Shown: positions 41,770 through 53,770 of the stretch, in pieces
How the letters are laid out: every line of letters begins with the position of its first letter
How positions within the stretch are numbered: the stretch's first letter is position 1
Source of the DNA: Antechinus flavipes
Taxonomy: Eukaryota
Assembly: GCF_016432865.1 (NCBI RefSeq)
Contig: NC_067403.1
Coordinates: 201,872,001-201,936,000 of the forward strand
DNA length: 64,000 nucleotides
Reading direction: 5' to 3'
Translations under genes and position numbers: made by a program
Notes under the pieces: model-generated
Databases searched by the model: none
What the model was told of the DNA's origin: nothing
The model's input: the letters and a program-made list of their open reading frames with translations, nothing else

Positions 41770-41952
41770 ACATATATTGTATTTAAGATATACTTTAACA
41801 TGTTTAACATATACGGGACTACCTGCCATTTAGGGAAGGGAGTGGAGGGATGGAAGGGAAAAGTTGGAACAGAAGTATTTGAAATGCTCAATGTTGAAAA
41901 ATTACCCAGGCATATGTTTTGTCAATAAAAAGCTATAATAATAAAAAAAATT
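41770..41952 (+). mobile_element. L1 3' end with 17-bp TSD
   Basis: TSD aaaaaagagaaaatact at 41753-41769 and 41953-41969. Confidence 0.88.
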
Positions 41953-43372
41953 AAAAAAGAGAAAATACTCATAACTATTATGTCTGTTTTCCAATTTATT
42001 TGAAATCATTATCTATTTACTAATATATCCTAGAATTTTTCTAGAAATAAGCAAGTTTCACTAGTATGACATTTAAAAACTGTATCTTCTCCCTTTTGAA
42101 AATCAGGACAATATTTGCCCATCTTTGATTCTGTAGGACATTATTGTTATTATTGTTATTACTGACAATGATGCAACAATCACATCTATAGACTTTTTCT
42201 GCACCTTTGGGTGGACTTTGTATGGATCTGGTGACAGGAACTCATTGTAGGAATCATTGTGAGTAGATCATCTCCACCTCTCAGCTTCTGTGGTATCCTT
42301 CAAGTCCCCAGCTAAGATTTTCCTAACAGGAAGCCTTTCCCAAGCCTTCTTAATTCTAGAATTCAGAATTCTAGAATTCTGTTGATTATTTCCGTAGATA
42401 GCTTCTCTGTACATATTTGTCTCTTACATTAGACTGTAAGCTTCTTAAGAGCAGGGACTATCTTTTTTGTTCTTTGAATCCTCAGAACTTAGTGCGTTGC
42501 CATGGGCGCATAGTAGGCCTCTAATAAATGCTCATTGACTGTATTTCCTTATCATTTCTTCATTTTATTTTCACATTTTTGAGCTGTCTCAGTATGAAGA
42601 GTAGTCTTAATTATGAAGCAGAAGTAAAGTAGTTTAGTAGGCTATAGAATATAATAAAATATAGAATTTGTCAAGATGCCAACATTTATTCTTGAGAATC
42701 CCTTAACTTTTTTCTTTTTTAATCTAAATTTTACTTTTAAATTTTTTCAATTAGTAAAAGTATTTATTTTTTCTCTCCACTTAAGTCTGCAAATTGAGTT
42801 GGGGGGGGACAGGAAGAGAAAAGAATATGTATAGTCAAATAAAACAAATTCCCATATTTTCCATATCCCAAAATGTATGTTTCATTCTGCATCTTGATTC
42901 TGCCTCTTCTCCATCAGGAGATGGGGATTGTATGTTTCATTATTAATCCCTTGGAGTAATAGTTGATCATCTCTCACTGATCAGATGTCTTTCAAAATTG
43001 TTTGTCTTTAAAATGTTATTTTATCATTAAATTGTTCTTCTAGCTTTCCTTACTTCACTCTGTATCAGTTCAGACAAGTTTTCCCAGGTTTCTCTGAAAT
43101 CATGTTGTTTTGGATTTTTAAAATCAATTCTTTTGGCATAATGATATTCTATTATATTCATGTGTCATGATTTGTCCAGCCATTCCTGAATTCAGGAGCA
43201 TCTACTTCTGTAATCTTAGGCCAGCTGAGCCTACACATTCTTCCTTAATTCTTTGGAATTTGTTCTCCTAAAAGTTTAGGATGCACATCAATCTAACATT
43301 CCCTAACTTATGTCTCATGAATTTCAAAATGACATCACTCCTTACTAAGATTCTGACCAGTCCAGAGATATT

Positions 43373-43632
43373 NNNNNNNNNNNNNNNNNNNNNNNNNNNN
43401 NNNNNNNNNNNNNNNNNNNNNNNNNNNNNNNNNNNNNNNNNNNNNNNNNNNNNNNNNNNNNNNNNNNNNNNNNNNNNNNNNNNNNNNNNNNNNNNNNNNN
43501 NNNNNNNNNNNNNNNNNNNNNNNNNNNNNNNNNNNNNNNNNNNNNNNNNNNNNNNNNNNNNNNNNNNNNNNNNNNNNNNNNNNNNNNNNNNNNNNNNNNN
43601 NNNNNNNNNNNNNNNNNNNNNNNNNNNNNNNN
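43373..43632. other. Assembly gap (260 N)
   Basis: Run of N. Confidence 1.
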
Positions 43633-43752
43633 GGTTAAGTGACTTGCCCAGGGTCACACAGCCAGGAAGTTAAGTGTCTGAGACCAGATTTGAACTCAGG
43701 TCCTCCTGACTTCAGGGCTGGTGCTCTAACCACTGCACCACCTAGCTGCCCC
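43633..43752 (-). mobile_element. WSINE1-type SINE abutting an N gap
   Basis: ggttaagtgacttgcccagggtcac...ctagctgcccc. Confidence 0.88.
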
Positions 43753-44034
43753 CTTTGCGTTTTTCAAGAATGAAATTGTCAAATCAAGTAAGAAATCTCA
43801 ATTGCTCAATGATTAGCAAGTTTGCAGTAAATTTGACGAATAACTGGAAGGGAGATTGTGGGGGAACCTTAATGCTTGGGCAAGAAATTTGAGGACTTGT
43901 GGGAGATCATAACAAAATTTGGTGAACTGGAAAAATTATCAGTTTGAATGCTAGTTTCATGATGGCCTGCCTGTGTGGATTCTGGGTAAAGGATTAAGCT
44001 TTCACTCTTTTCTGGTCATTAGTAAAGTAAAGCA

Positions 44035-44590
44035 GGGCTATTTGTTTTCCCCCATGCTTTTTAGCATGTTTTCTGCATTATAGTCAGATGCCTTCATTGA
44101 GGACAAAAATGGCATTAAGGTCAGCTACCACACTGAAGAGAAACTATTTCACTCGAAAAGGCTACAAGCCAAGACTAAAGTGGAAGGAGAGTTGGTGCAG
44201 GACTTTTGTTCCCAGATGACCATGCACTTAATGCAACTTCTGAGGCTGAGATGCAACAACGTATGGATCAATTCTCTTCTACTTGTGCTAATTTTGGTCT
44301 GGCAATCAAAAAGGAAAACAAAGATTTTCTACCAGTCATCCCCATGCCATTCATATATGCAATCACCAGTTATAGCAAATAGAAAATTCTGAATGCTGTG
44401 GATGAATTCATTTAACTTGATAGTACATTCTCCAGGGATGAATACATAGATGATGAGATTGGTTTACACTTTGCCAGAGCCAGCTTATGTTTTGGAGACT
44501 CTGAAGGAAATTTTGGGAGAAAAGAGCTACCAGACAGTTTATCAGACTAAAGTCTAGAGCCATTGTGTTGTCATCATTGTTGTATGAGTT
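44035..44590 (+). mobile_element. RTE-clade LINE reverse transcriptase relic
   Basis: Frameshifted translation ...RLQAKTKVEGELVQD..PDDHALNATSEAEMQQRMDQFSSTCANFGL..KTKIFYQ..., resembling RTE RT with a decayed FADD motif. Confidence 0.8.
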
Positions 44591-45798
44591 ACCATCACCA
44601 TGCCAGAAAATTAAACCATCTCTCTAGTGAAAGGTGGAACACTTTCTTTTAATTCTCTGAAGTCATAATTGGTTGTTGTCTTGTTTGGAGAGCTGAAGTT
44701 TTTCAGTGATTCTTTCCTTCATTAAAAAAGAAATTGATCAATTGGGGAATGGCTGGATAAATTATGATATATAAATGTAATGGGATACTATTATTCTATA
44801 AGAAATTATGAGCAGGCTGATTTCAGAAAAGCCTGGAAAACATTTACTTTTCTAAGATTTTGATTCCTAATTTTTTTTCTTTTCCCCCTTCCCTTTCCTT
44901 CTCGCCAAGACAGGAGGTGTTCTAATATAGGTTAGATATGGACAATCATATTAAACACATTTCCACATTAGTCACATTGTGGAATAAGTATCAGAACAAA
45001 AGGGAAAAACCACAAGAAAAGAAAAAAGCAAAATGAAAATAATATGCATTGATCTACATTCAGCCTCCATAATTTTTTCCCTGGATGTAGATAGCCTTTT
45101 CCATCATGAGACTTTTGGACTTTATGACAATAATATTCCTTTACACTCATGGAGGACATTTTGTTTAACCATTTCTTAATTGGTTAGTCCACAATAAGCA
45201 TAAAAAAAGTATGGCTTTAAGTATTTTTGTGTATCTTTCCCTCTTTTTTTGACCGAGGAAGTGGATCTCTTTCCTCATTTCCCTACCACCATATCAGTAG
45301 AAATGGGGAACAGATCTGATAGTGCTTCAGAGCTAGAGAAAACAAGAGCTACATTTTCAAATTTAAATGGCTATAAAATAGCTTAGGCTATTTAATGTAA
45401 TAGTAATAGTAATAGAATCCAAGCTTAACTGCTAAAGGAAGCAGCACTCAGGAATATGGGCACAACAGTCCACTTTTGGGGAAGCCATAAAATTTGGCCA
45501 ATTGGACTGAAAATCTTAGTGAATGGTATTTAGCATTTAACAGTATTTAGCAAGCATTGGCAATGCCCAGCAACGTGTATAAAACTTTCTCCCTTGATCT
45601 GAGGCTCCTGTGTCCAAAGGCACATGTGTCTATGGATGATGGTCAGATTTGGGGATCAGGTTAAGGTTAGAGGTCAGTCTGTAACCAGGAACAGAAGCTA
45701 GTCTGGTTGAAGAAATCTTTCTGTTGCTAAATCCTGAAATATCCCCTGTTGAAAAGGAATTTTGCCCATCTTGGTTCAGCTGCTCATTCCAGCCATAG

Positions 45799-46029
<231 letters not shown>

Positions 46030-46683
46030 TAAGTACTGTCCTGGTCCTCCGCTAACCTCCTGTACATACATCCTTCCCTAGTATTCCAAACCTGCCTCTG
46101 CTCATGTTGTCATCCATATATTCTGTTTTCTGCCAACCCTGTATGATTCTCCTTTTAGCCTCCCATCCATCTACTGCCCCTGTGTGACCATTACACAGCT
46201 TCCCAGGTGCTTCATTCTTGTCTTTCTCTCTGTCAACCCTGTTTGGTCTCCCCTGTTGTCTTCCAGTTTCCCTGGCAGCTCTACAACCACCCAAATGTCC
46301 TATTCCAATCTTCCTTCTTCTAACAAATCCTGCATAGCTAACCCTACATCCTCCCCAAATGTTGTCTCCTTATATCAAGAATCCTTGACCTCTTCCAGAA
46401 CTCTGTAGCCATGGCTGTGCCCTTCCCAAGTGCCTCACCTCTGCCCACGATCCCTCTCCTGATCCTGATTCTTTGATCATTCTCCCCCATACCCCCTACC
46501 AGAGGGACCCTAAAACAGTTAGCTCAGAAGGCTGAGAGAAAGAACAGCCATGACTGAGGGCCTTGTGGGTCCTAGAAAGTGAGGGCCTAGTTCTGTGCCA
46601 CGATGCCAGGGGGTGGGAAAGTGCCTTTAGAACTGTATGTCAGGAGTCCAAGGACTCAGGCTTTGGCTGTATTTGTGCCGCAG

Positions 46684-46802
46684 ACAAATTGAAGGTGTGA
46701 TCATCATGGTTCTGTTAGAAGCCCTGACAATACAGCGCAGTGGCCCCGGCCCGGGCCCCACCATGTGCCAGCTGCAGGCAGACACCAGTGTGGACTGGAC
46801 AA
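46684..46802 (+). CDS. SLC49A3: SLC49A3 exon 9 (119 bp, phase 2-1; not in the ORF track)
   Basis: ccgcag|A CAA...ACA A|gtgagt. Encodes QIEGVIIMVLLEALTIQRSGPGPGPTMCQLQADTSVDWT. Confidence 0.93.
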
Positions 46803-47418
46803 GTGAGTAAATGGCGCCTCTGTGGGTGGGCTAGATCCTATCAATTCTTAAGACATTTATTGGTTTCCATCTTTTCCTGCTTGCCCCAAGCCAAGCCACA
46901 TCGTTTCAGTGGAACAAACATTTATAAAGGGCATACTATGTGCAAGGAATTCTCTTAGGCATTAGGGATACAGAGATTAAATGATACAGTTCCTGCTTTC
47001 AAGAATCTTACATTCTAAATGCCATCCTTTTCCCATCCTATCCTATCCCATTCTGTTCCATCCTATTTCAAACCATCACATTTGGTCTCCTTTTCTTCCA
47101 GCCAATCTCACTGTCTTTTATTGTCGGGCCATTATCAGAGCTCAGGAACAATTTGGGATTGAAGTCATGGGAAGGGGCTCCTGTTTGACTATTTGGCTAA
47201 GTCATAAGAAGAAGCTTCATTCAGTGGACTCCATATGAATCTACTGGTCCATTAGTCCATCAGGTGCCCTGGGTTGGCTTGTGAAGAAGGGTTGGGGGTA
47301 AGATGGGATGGGGCAGTCAAGGTCAAGGCTTCATTCCACCATTTCTTCCCGTTCCAGATGCCGTAATCCAGGGTAGGTTTACATAGCCCGACTTAGCTTT
47401 TTTTATTTTGGGTTTCAG

Positions 47419-47576
47419 ACTCCATGTTGTTCCTGGCTGCACTATTCTGTATCTTCAGCTGCATCTTCGTTATTTTTTTCCATTCACCATATAAGCGGCT
47501 TCAGGCAGAAGCTAACACTACCTACAAGCTCCACGAGGCAGGAAGGGATGAGGAAGATGGAGCTTCGATTCAGTGA
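47419..47576 (+). CDS. SLC49A3: SLC49A3 exon 10, last coding exon, with TGA stop at 47574-47576
   Basis: tttcag|AC TCC... Encodes (N)SMLFLAALFCIFSCIFVIFFHSPYKRLQAEANTTYKLHEAGRDEEDGASIQ*, with the FFH.PY.RLQAE motif after the last transmembrane helix. Confidence 0.94.
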
Positions 47577-48777
47577 CCCAGATATACCACAGTCTGAACT
47601 TCCTATCACTTCCCAACACATGTCAAATTTCTGTTTTAAAATTTATTTTTCAACAACAACTTAGGAGAAAGTTTTGACAGAAAACATTTTCTGGAAACTT
47701 TTATTTTGATCCGTTTCTTTCCATGCCCCCGATATTCTCTGACAAAGCAGATGCTGAGCTGGAGAGGCGTTGCCAAGGGTGTGATTCTTGATCTCAAAGC
47801 AGCGAATGGTCTCCATACCAAAAGGCATTGGGGAGACCCTCTATCCAGGCACTTAGGGAAAGACCTCAAGTCATCAATGAGAATTGGGGAACAGATTTTT
47901 TAAAAAAACTATTTGGAGAGACTTCACACTGGATACTGAGGAGAGTTCAGTTCAAACACCTGGAAGAGAGTTTATAACAAGTAGCAGATGAGAATCCATA
48001 TTGAGAACTGGAAAGACTCATCACCTTTGGCAAAAGGGGAAGGATTTCTTCATATAGAAGATGGGGAAGAGAAAAGGGAGTGAGAAAGAAGAGGAAAAGA
48101 GAGAATTCATTTCATGTACTAAGTAGAGTCTTCGCCCAAGGAACTAGATAGATTCTAAACGTGGGAGGAGCCCCATGCTAGAGTTCTTGGAGGAATGAAT
48201 TGTAGATAGAATGAGCCCGTGGCAGAAATCTGGGACCAAGCTTTTATGTGACTGTGACAGACTGAAACAGCTCTGGTGATAAGATCAATCAGGTTCAAGA
48301 TCTCAGCATGGAAACACTCTTCACCGCATTCATCCCGGTCTGGGAAACATAGTAAGCCTCTCCCAAGTAAGATCCTGTCCTGGAAGGTCCTATGACCAGC
48401 TAGCAAACCAGGAAGTTGAAGGGTTTTTGACCAACCCTCGTTTGGTGACCAGGAACCTCAGGTTTTAGGTAAATCCCAGTTTGTGAGGGATATGTATCAG
48501 ACAATAGAGGGAAGGGAACAAGCATTTATAAAGTGCCTATTAAATGCTAGTCACTGGGCTAAGTATTTTCAAATATTTTCTCATTTGAAATCCTGCAAGG
48601 TAGGTGCTATTATTATCCTCATTTTACAGTTAGGGATACTGAGGTAGACAGACTAGATTTGAATTTGGGTTTTCCTGACTTCAAGGCCAGAGCTCTATCT
48701 AGAATGCTACACAGCTGTCTTGTTAGGACTGGATCACAAAGGTGTGTTCCATCCCTTATGTGATAGTATGGCAAGAG

Positions 48778-49003
48778 TGGGCAGTTCGGTGGTACCATAG
48801 TGCACAGAGTGAGGGTTCTGGAGTTACAAGGACTCATCTTCCTGAATTCAAATCTCGCTTTAGACAGCTGTGTGACCCTGGTCAAGTCACTTAATTCTGT
48901 CTCAGTTTCCTTATCTGGAAAAAGATTTGGAGAAGGAAATCTGCCAAGAAAACCCCAAATGGGGTCATGAAAAGTTGAATATGACTGAAATGACTAAATA
49001 ACA
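48778..49003 (+). mobile_element. MAR1-type SINE in the putative SLC49A3 3' UTR or intergenic region
   Basis: ggcagttcggtggtaccatagtg...ccaagaaaaccccaaatggggtcatgaaaagttgaatatgactgaa. Confidence 0.85.
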
Positions 49004-49460
49004 ATGGAAAGAATATTAGATTTAAGATCAAAGAACATGGGTTCAAATTCTGGTTCGACTGTTATTATCTATGTAAACTTAGATAAGCCTCATAACTTCT
49101 CTGGGTCTCAGTTTACTTATCTGTAAAATAAGAGGGTTATAATAGAGGATCTCTAATGTTCCTTCCAGTTCCCCAAATCTATAAAACCAGAGTCCTTTGC
49201 TCCTCCAGATTAGAAGGGTTTTGAAACCTTTAGCATTGCCATGCTCTGTAGGGAATTCCTGAAGTCCGGGACCTTAAGAATAAGGCTCTGTTGAGATAAG
49301 ATTCTTAGGGAAGTTCAGGAGCAGCTTGATCTCTTCTCCCCAGACTTGGGGCACCCAGGATTAACTAGGAGACTGACCATGTCTCAGAAGGAGGCCTGGT
49401 GGGGCTTATTTGGGGGCCAGATATGGGCAGTCAGGTCTAGACCATGTTTGCTGAATAACT

Positions 49461-49484
49461 TTTATTAAATGCACAGTGTTTATT
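49461..49484 (-). terminator. MYL5 poly(A) signals (two AATAAA on the - strand)
   Basis: TTTATT on the + strand at 49461-49466 and 49479-49484, about 20-40 nt past the MYL5 stop. Confidence 0.75.
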
Positions 49485-49501
49485 CCCAGGCCCAAGTCTT
49501 G

Positions 49502-49603
49502 CTATTCTTCCTTCTCCTCCCCATGGGTGATGACATAACTCAAAGCTTTATAGTCCAGGTTTCCAGCTGCATCAATGGAAGCAAACTGGAACATTTGGTC
49601 AAC
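49502..49603 (-). CDS. MYL5: MYL5 exon 7 (last exon; 102 bp including TAG)
   Basis: Reverse strand ccacag|GTT... Encodes VDQMFQFASIDAAGNLDYKALSYVITHGEEKEE*. Confidence 0.96.
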   Translation of the reverse strand, partial: VDQMFQFASIDAAGNLDYKALSYVITHGEEKEE

Positions 49604-49643
49604 CTGTGGAAGATTTGAAAACAGAGTCAGGTTAGGACATTGT

Positions 49644-49649
49644 AATAAA
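49644..49649 (+). terminator. First canonical AATAAA downstream of the SLC49A3 stop (candidate poly(A) signal)
   Basis: A manual scan found no AATAAA on + in 47577-49643; ATTAAA occurs at 48539 and 49464. Confidence 0.4.
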
Positions 49650-51849
49650 TAGGGTCACGCCAGCTCTGTGATGATGTAGCAGGGATGACAAGGATAGATT
49701 GTAGCACATTTGGGTCCAGTTAGATCTTGTTAGCTATCATGATAGAGCAGAGCTCACCACAGTGTGACAGGGAGAGGGGCGCCTCCATTCTAGCAGCCTC
49801 CTGGGATGGAAGAAACCCAAGGGAAGCATTTTCCAAAGTCATTCGTAGGCTCACTAGGACTGATAGGCAGAAATGCTAGTGGTTGATAATGACTAACCTG
49901 AGCATGCAAGCATAGGCTTTGTTCACTGTCTTGTGGGTCCAGACCTGTGATTTCATCAGTATGGGAAATTGTTGTGTAGAAATACACTCTATCGATGGAG
50001 CTCTGCAGCTTGCAGTTTTAGAGACTTGCCTGGGGCCCTTAGAGTCTCAGGGGTTTGGTGGGATCCCACTGCTAGGAGGTGCCAGAGGCAGGGCTTGAAC
50101 CCAGTTCGTCCTAATGTCAGCATCCAGTAGGCTGGGTTGTCTCTGTTTAACTCACATAGGACTAGGAAAAGGCAAGTAATTGCTATTCTATGAGCAAGTA
50201 AACAGGCTGAGAATAGAAGCAATTCAAGAAGGATTTAGACAGGCTCTAGTATAGCAACATCACAGCAGATTAATAAGGGAAAAGACAGCGCATTTGAGGG
50301 AGGGATCCTTGTCCTATAAAGACACCAGAATTAAAAGCATAGTCATGATCTGTCCCCACTAAAGACAACTCCTGAACTGGGGAGTGAGGATACAGGTTTG
50401 GGCTTGGGCTAAATCTTTTTTTAGCAAAATATTAGCTTTCTCAGGTTCTCAGAAACTCTTTGAAAACCACATCTTTGCCTTAATTGTATGCAAAGAAACA
50501 GGATCTTCTTAAGTCCTTAAAAAGTTTGCTCTTCCAAGAAATATGGCCTCGTACATTCTAGTTTACTCAGTGAACACTTCCCACTCAGACAGATGGAAGA
50601 CTGAACTCAGGCCCACACTCTGGATTATTTTTCAGCCAGGGTTCACTAAAGGATCACTTTTTGAAAACAGTAAGTCTGATTTCCTTGCCATGATTTTGGT
50701 CTCCTCCCCCCACTCTCCCCAGACATTCTATGAATAGAAATAAATAAAGTTCTAGATTCACCTCCTTGCCCCAGTTATTAACTCTGGTTATTTTTATTAA
50801 TAAAAAAATGCTGTTTATGTATTTTAGTGGCCTTAATTCTTTTAAGTGTGAATGGTTTTTTAAGAAAGCTGATAAGGTTGCATGTGTTTATATAAATAGC
50901 TTTAACTGTTAAGCATGTTTTATCTAACTTTTAGGAAAATCAAAGAAGAGGATGGGGGAATACAGAGCACTCAGGTTGGGGGGGTGTGGTGTGCCATAAG
51001 TATTCAAGGGGAAAAATTCGAAGAAAAAGGCAAAGCCCTAAAGTGGAACAGTAAAGGACCCAAGCTCCAGACCCAATTACTGGAAATTGACAAAGAGCTA
51101 TGGCTCCATAGCAGAAGTCTATGTTTATATTAGGAGAATCAGCCATTTAAATTTTATAGTAAGTCACGGAATATGAGGATTGGAAGTAATTTCAGAAGCC
51201 ATCAAGTCCAAATCCTATGTGACTCCCTCTATGTCCCTTGATGAATTGCCAGAGCCTCTGCTTAAACACTCCCACTAAGAGAATTTACTATTTACTAAGG
51301 TCATTTACTACACTTTGGGACAGCTCATAATTGTTAGGAAGCTCCTCCTTATAGCAAGTTAAAAATCTGCAACTTCCATCCATTTCTTCTAGTTCTGCTC
51401 TTTAGGGCTAAGTAGAAATCTTAGAAACTCCTCGACAAATCTTCTACTAAATCCTGCTTTGATGCCTCCCAGTTTTTCAGAGGTCACCCTGTATTATAGA
51501 GGCAATGACAATATGATGCAATCTCTTTGGAAGGCTCTAAGACCAAGCTGGAAAGCGTCTTGAGTACAGACCTGGAGATACCCTATTTGATATCTAAGGA
51601 CTTTAGATAAGTTTGTAAGTGCTCATCGCCAGAAGGTTATCCACCATGGTAACTCATGAAACAGATAAAAATAGAAAATGGCTGTTAGTCCTGTAGAACT
51701 TCCTGTTTCTGTTTCAGCAAGTGGGAAAGGGAGTATCAGATCATAAAAATAACCGTTTTCGACTTGTCTGTGAATAGTTTAACTTTGTATTTTTAATATG
51801 AAGTCTTTCATGACTAATGAATGAATATGCATTTGGAATAGCTGAACCA

Positions 51850-52250
51850 TATCCATAATGAATTCACACTATAAAAGAAACTAAAGGACATAAACAAGTT
51901 GTAGCTAAATGGAAAAATGGCTTACAGAAACTCCTCAGGAATGCAAATAACAGTTAATCTTGTTTCACTACGTAATCTTGAGCAAAAAAAAACCTCACAT
52001 TTTCATGGTCATCTTGGTCGTCCTGCCTTGCATTGCCTGTGCCGAGCATAATCAAATAACCACCAAAAAGATAATTGGAATTTATGGGCTAACATCCATT
52101 ACCAAGGATAAAGTAGAGAAATGCTATAAAGAACTTGATAAAATTCTTCAAGTTATCACATTCCTTGATACTTAGAAGCTTCTGTACAGAAATGGGCTTG
52201 GGACAAAAATGGTGAAGAGTTGCAAGATAATGAAAAATATAAAAAAATAA
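51850..52250 (+). mobile_element. RTE-clade endonuclease relic
   Basis: KIIGIYGLTSITKDKVEKCYKELDKILQV resembles the RTE AP-endonuclease pattern I...YAPT......E.FY.EL...L. Confidence 0.6.
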
Positions 52251-52257
52251 TGATTCA

Positions 52258-52388
52258 GGGGCAGCTGAATGGTGTAATGGATAGAGAATGGACCCTGGAG
52301 TAAGGAGGTCTGAGTTCAAATTTGGTCTTACACACTTGACACTTATTAGTTGTGTGATCCTGGGCAAGTCACTACATCTAGCTGCCCC
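52258..52388 (+). mobile_element. CORE-SINE ending in an inverted copy of a SINE 5' end
   Basis: ggggcagctgaatgg...gggcaagtcact|acatctagctgcccc. Confidence 0.75.
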
Positions 52389-53379
52389 CTGACTTAAAGA
52401 AGTTTAATATAAAAATAAAATTACATAGAAAGTGCCTAGAAAACATTTGTCTTCTTGCTAAGTGGAGATACAAGGCACTCTAAGGCAACTTCAATTTAAA
52501 ATTCATAATTTGCAAAATACTGGGGAGGGAGATGATTATTGTGAGCAAAACTACCACAAAAAAAACAATGAAAAGCAATTGAGAAGGCAAAAACCTGCAG
52601 AAAACTTGGTAGGTGACAAAAACTATGAGAACATCTGTAAATGAAACCAAGACAACAAATTTGCCAGTATTTCTATAGCTGTTCAGTATCCTCAATAACT
52701 GAACCTCCTTGTTAATCAATTAGCCAAAAAGCATTTAGTAAATGCTTACTGTATGCCTGGTCCTATGACTTGGATTTCTTAGAATACTGCCTTCCTCCCT
52801 AAACCATAAGAACTCTTATCTATTTAATAAGATTATCCTTGAAAACAAGAAAAGAGATTGCTTTTCAGATATGATTTTCTGTAGAATTCATTTGTATAAT
52901 CACTAAACTGATAGAGAGGTGTACATAATAAAAGATCCTTCTGCATGAATTGCTGATTTTTTCTTTTAAAAACAATTTACTTTGTAAAATAAAATGCAAC
53001 TTTAAATTCCTCCTTTGTATGTTAAAATTGCACAAATTTCTAATGTGAAACAGATGTTTTTGTTCTTAACACAGTTTCTAGCACATAGTAGGCACCTAAT
53101 AATTGCTTCTTGGTTGATTCAAGAACTCACTGGTTGTTCACTTGAATGAATGCAAAACATAGTAAGGAGTTAAGAGAACAATGTTGTACAAGTGCACTTA
53201 TTCTTAGATGTTATCAAACTAACTGACAACATTTCTGAAACATTACAAATTTTCTTTAGTGGAATCCATGGTAATGCAAAAGAAATTAGCTTAATTGTTG
53301 CCACAAGAATAATAGAACTGATGAAAAGCATATTTTTACCCAGATTAATATGGAACTGAAGGAATAGCCCATTAAGTGT

Positions 53380-53770
53380 ATCTATATATCTATCTATTTA
53401 TCTTGCTATCTGTCTCTCTATTCTATTTACCTATCTACCTCTCATCTACCTATGCATTTATCCCTATATCCATCTATGTATCCCTCTGCCTGTCATCTAT
53501 CTAATCCAGGGGTCCTCAAACTTTTTAAATAGGGAGCCAGTTCACTGTCCCTCAGACTGTTGGAGGGCCGGACTATAGTAAAAACAAAAACTTTGTTTTT
53601 TGGGCCTTTAAATAAAGAAACTTCATAGCCCCAGGTGAGGGGGATAAATGTCCTCAGCTGCCGCATCTGGCCCGCGGGCTGTAGTTTAAGGACCCCGATT
53701 CATCTATCGCTCCATCATCTTTCTATTCATCTCTTCATCCATCTATCCATCTATCTATCTATCAATTATC
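53380..53770. repeat. Degenerate (ATCT/ATCC)n microsatellite interrupted by a MITE
   Basis: tatctatcta-like units flank 53507-53697 on both sides. Confidence 0.8.
53507..53697 (-). mobile_element. OC1 (OposCharlie1)-like hAT MITE, near full length (about 190 bp)
   Basis: CAGGGGTCCTCAAACT...AGTTTAAGGACCCC(T)G TIRs; near-identical to 6376-6557. Confidence 0.88.

Noticed and set aside
40447-43632. Missing SLC49A3 exons hidden in N gaps, and X-rich ORFs in the track
   Set aside because: Exons 7 and 8 join in phase with no missing protein segment; two gaps abut SINE tails, as is typical of assembly breaks.
47358-47372. 15-nt micro-exon (ttccag|ATGCCGTAATCCAGG|gtaggt) before SLC49A3 exon 10
   Set aside because: The remaining intron would be only 46 nt, below the normal mammalian minimum, and exon 9 joins exon 10 correctly without it.
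47940-48460. Possible LTR fragment downstream of the SLC49A3 stop
   Set aside because: No TG...CA termini, TSD or partner LTR were identified.
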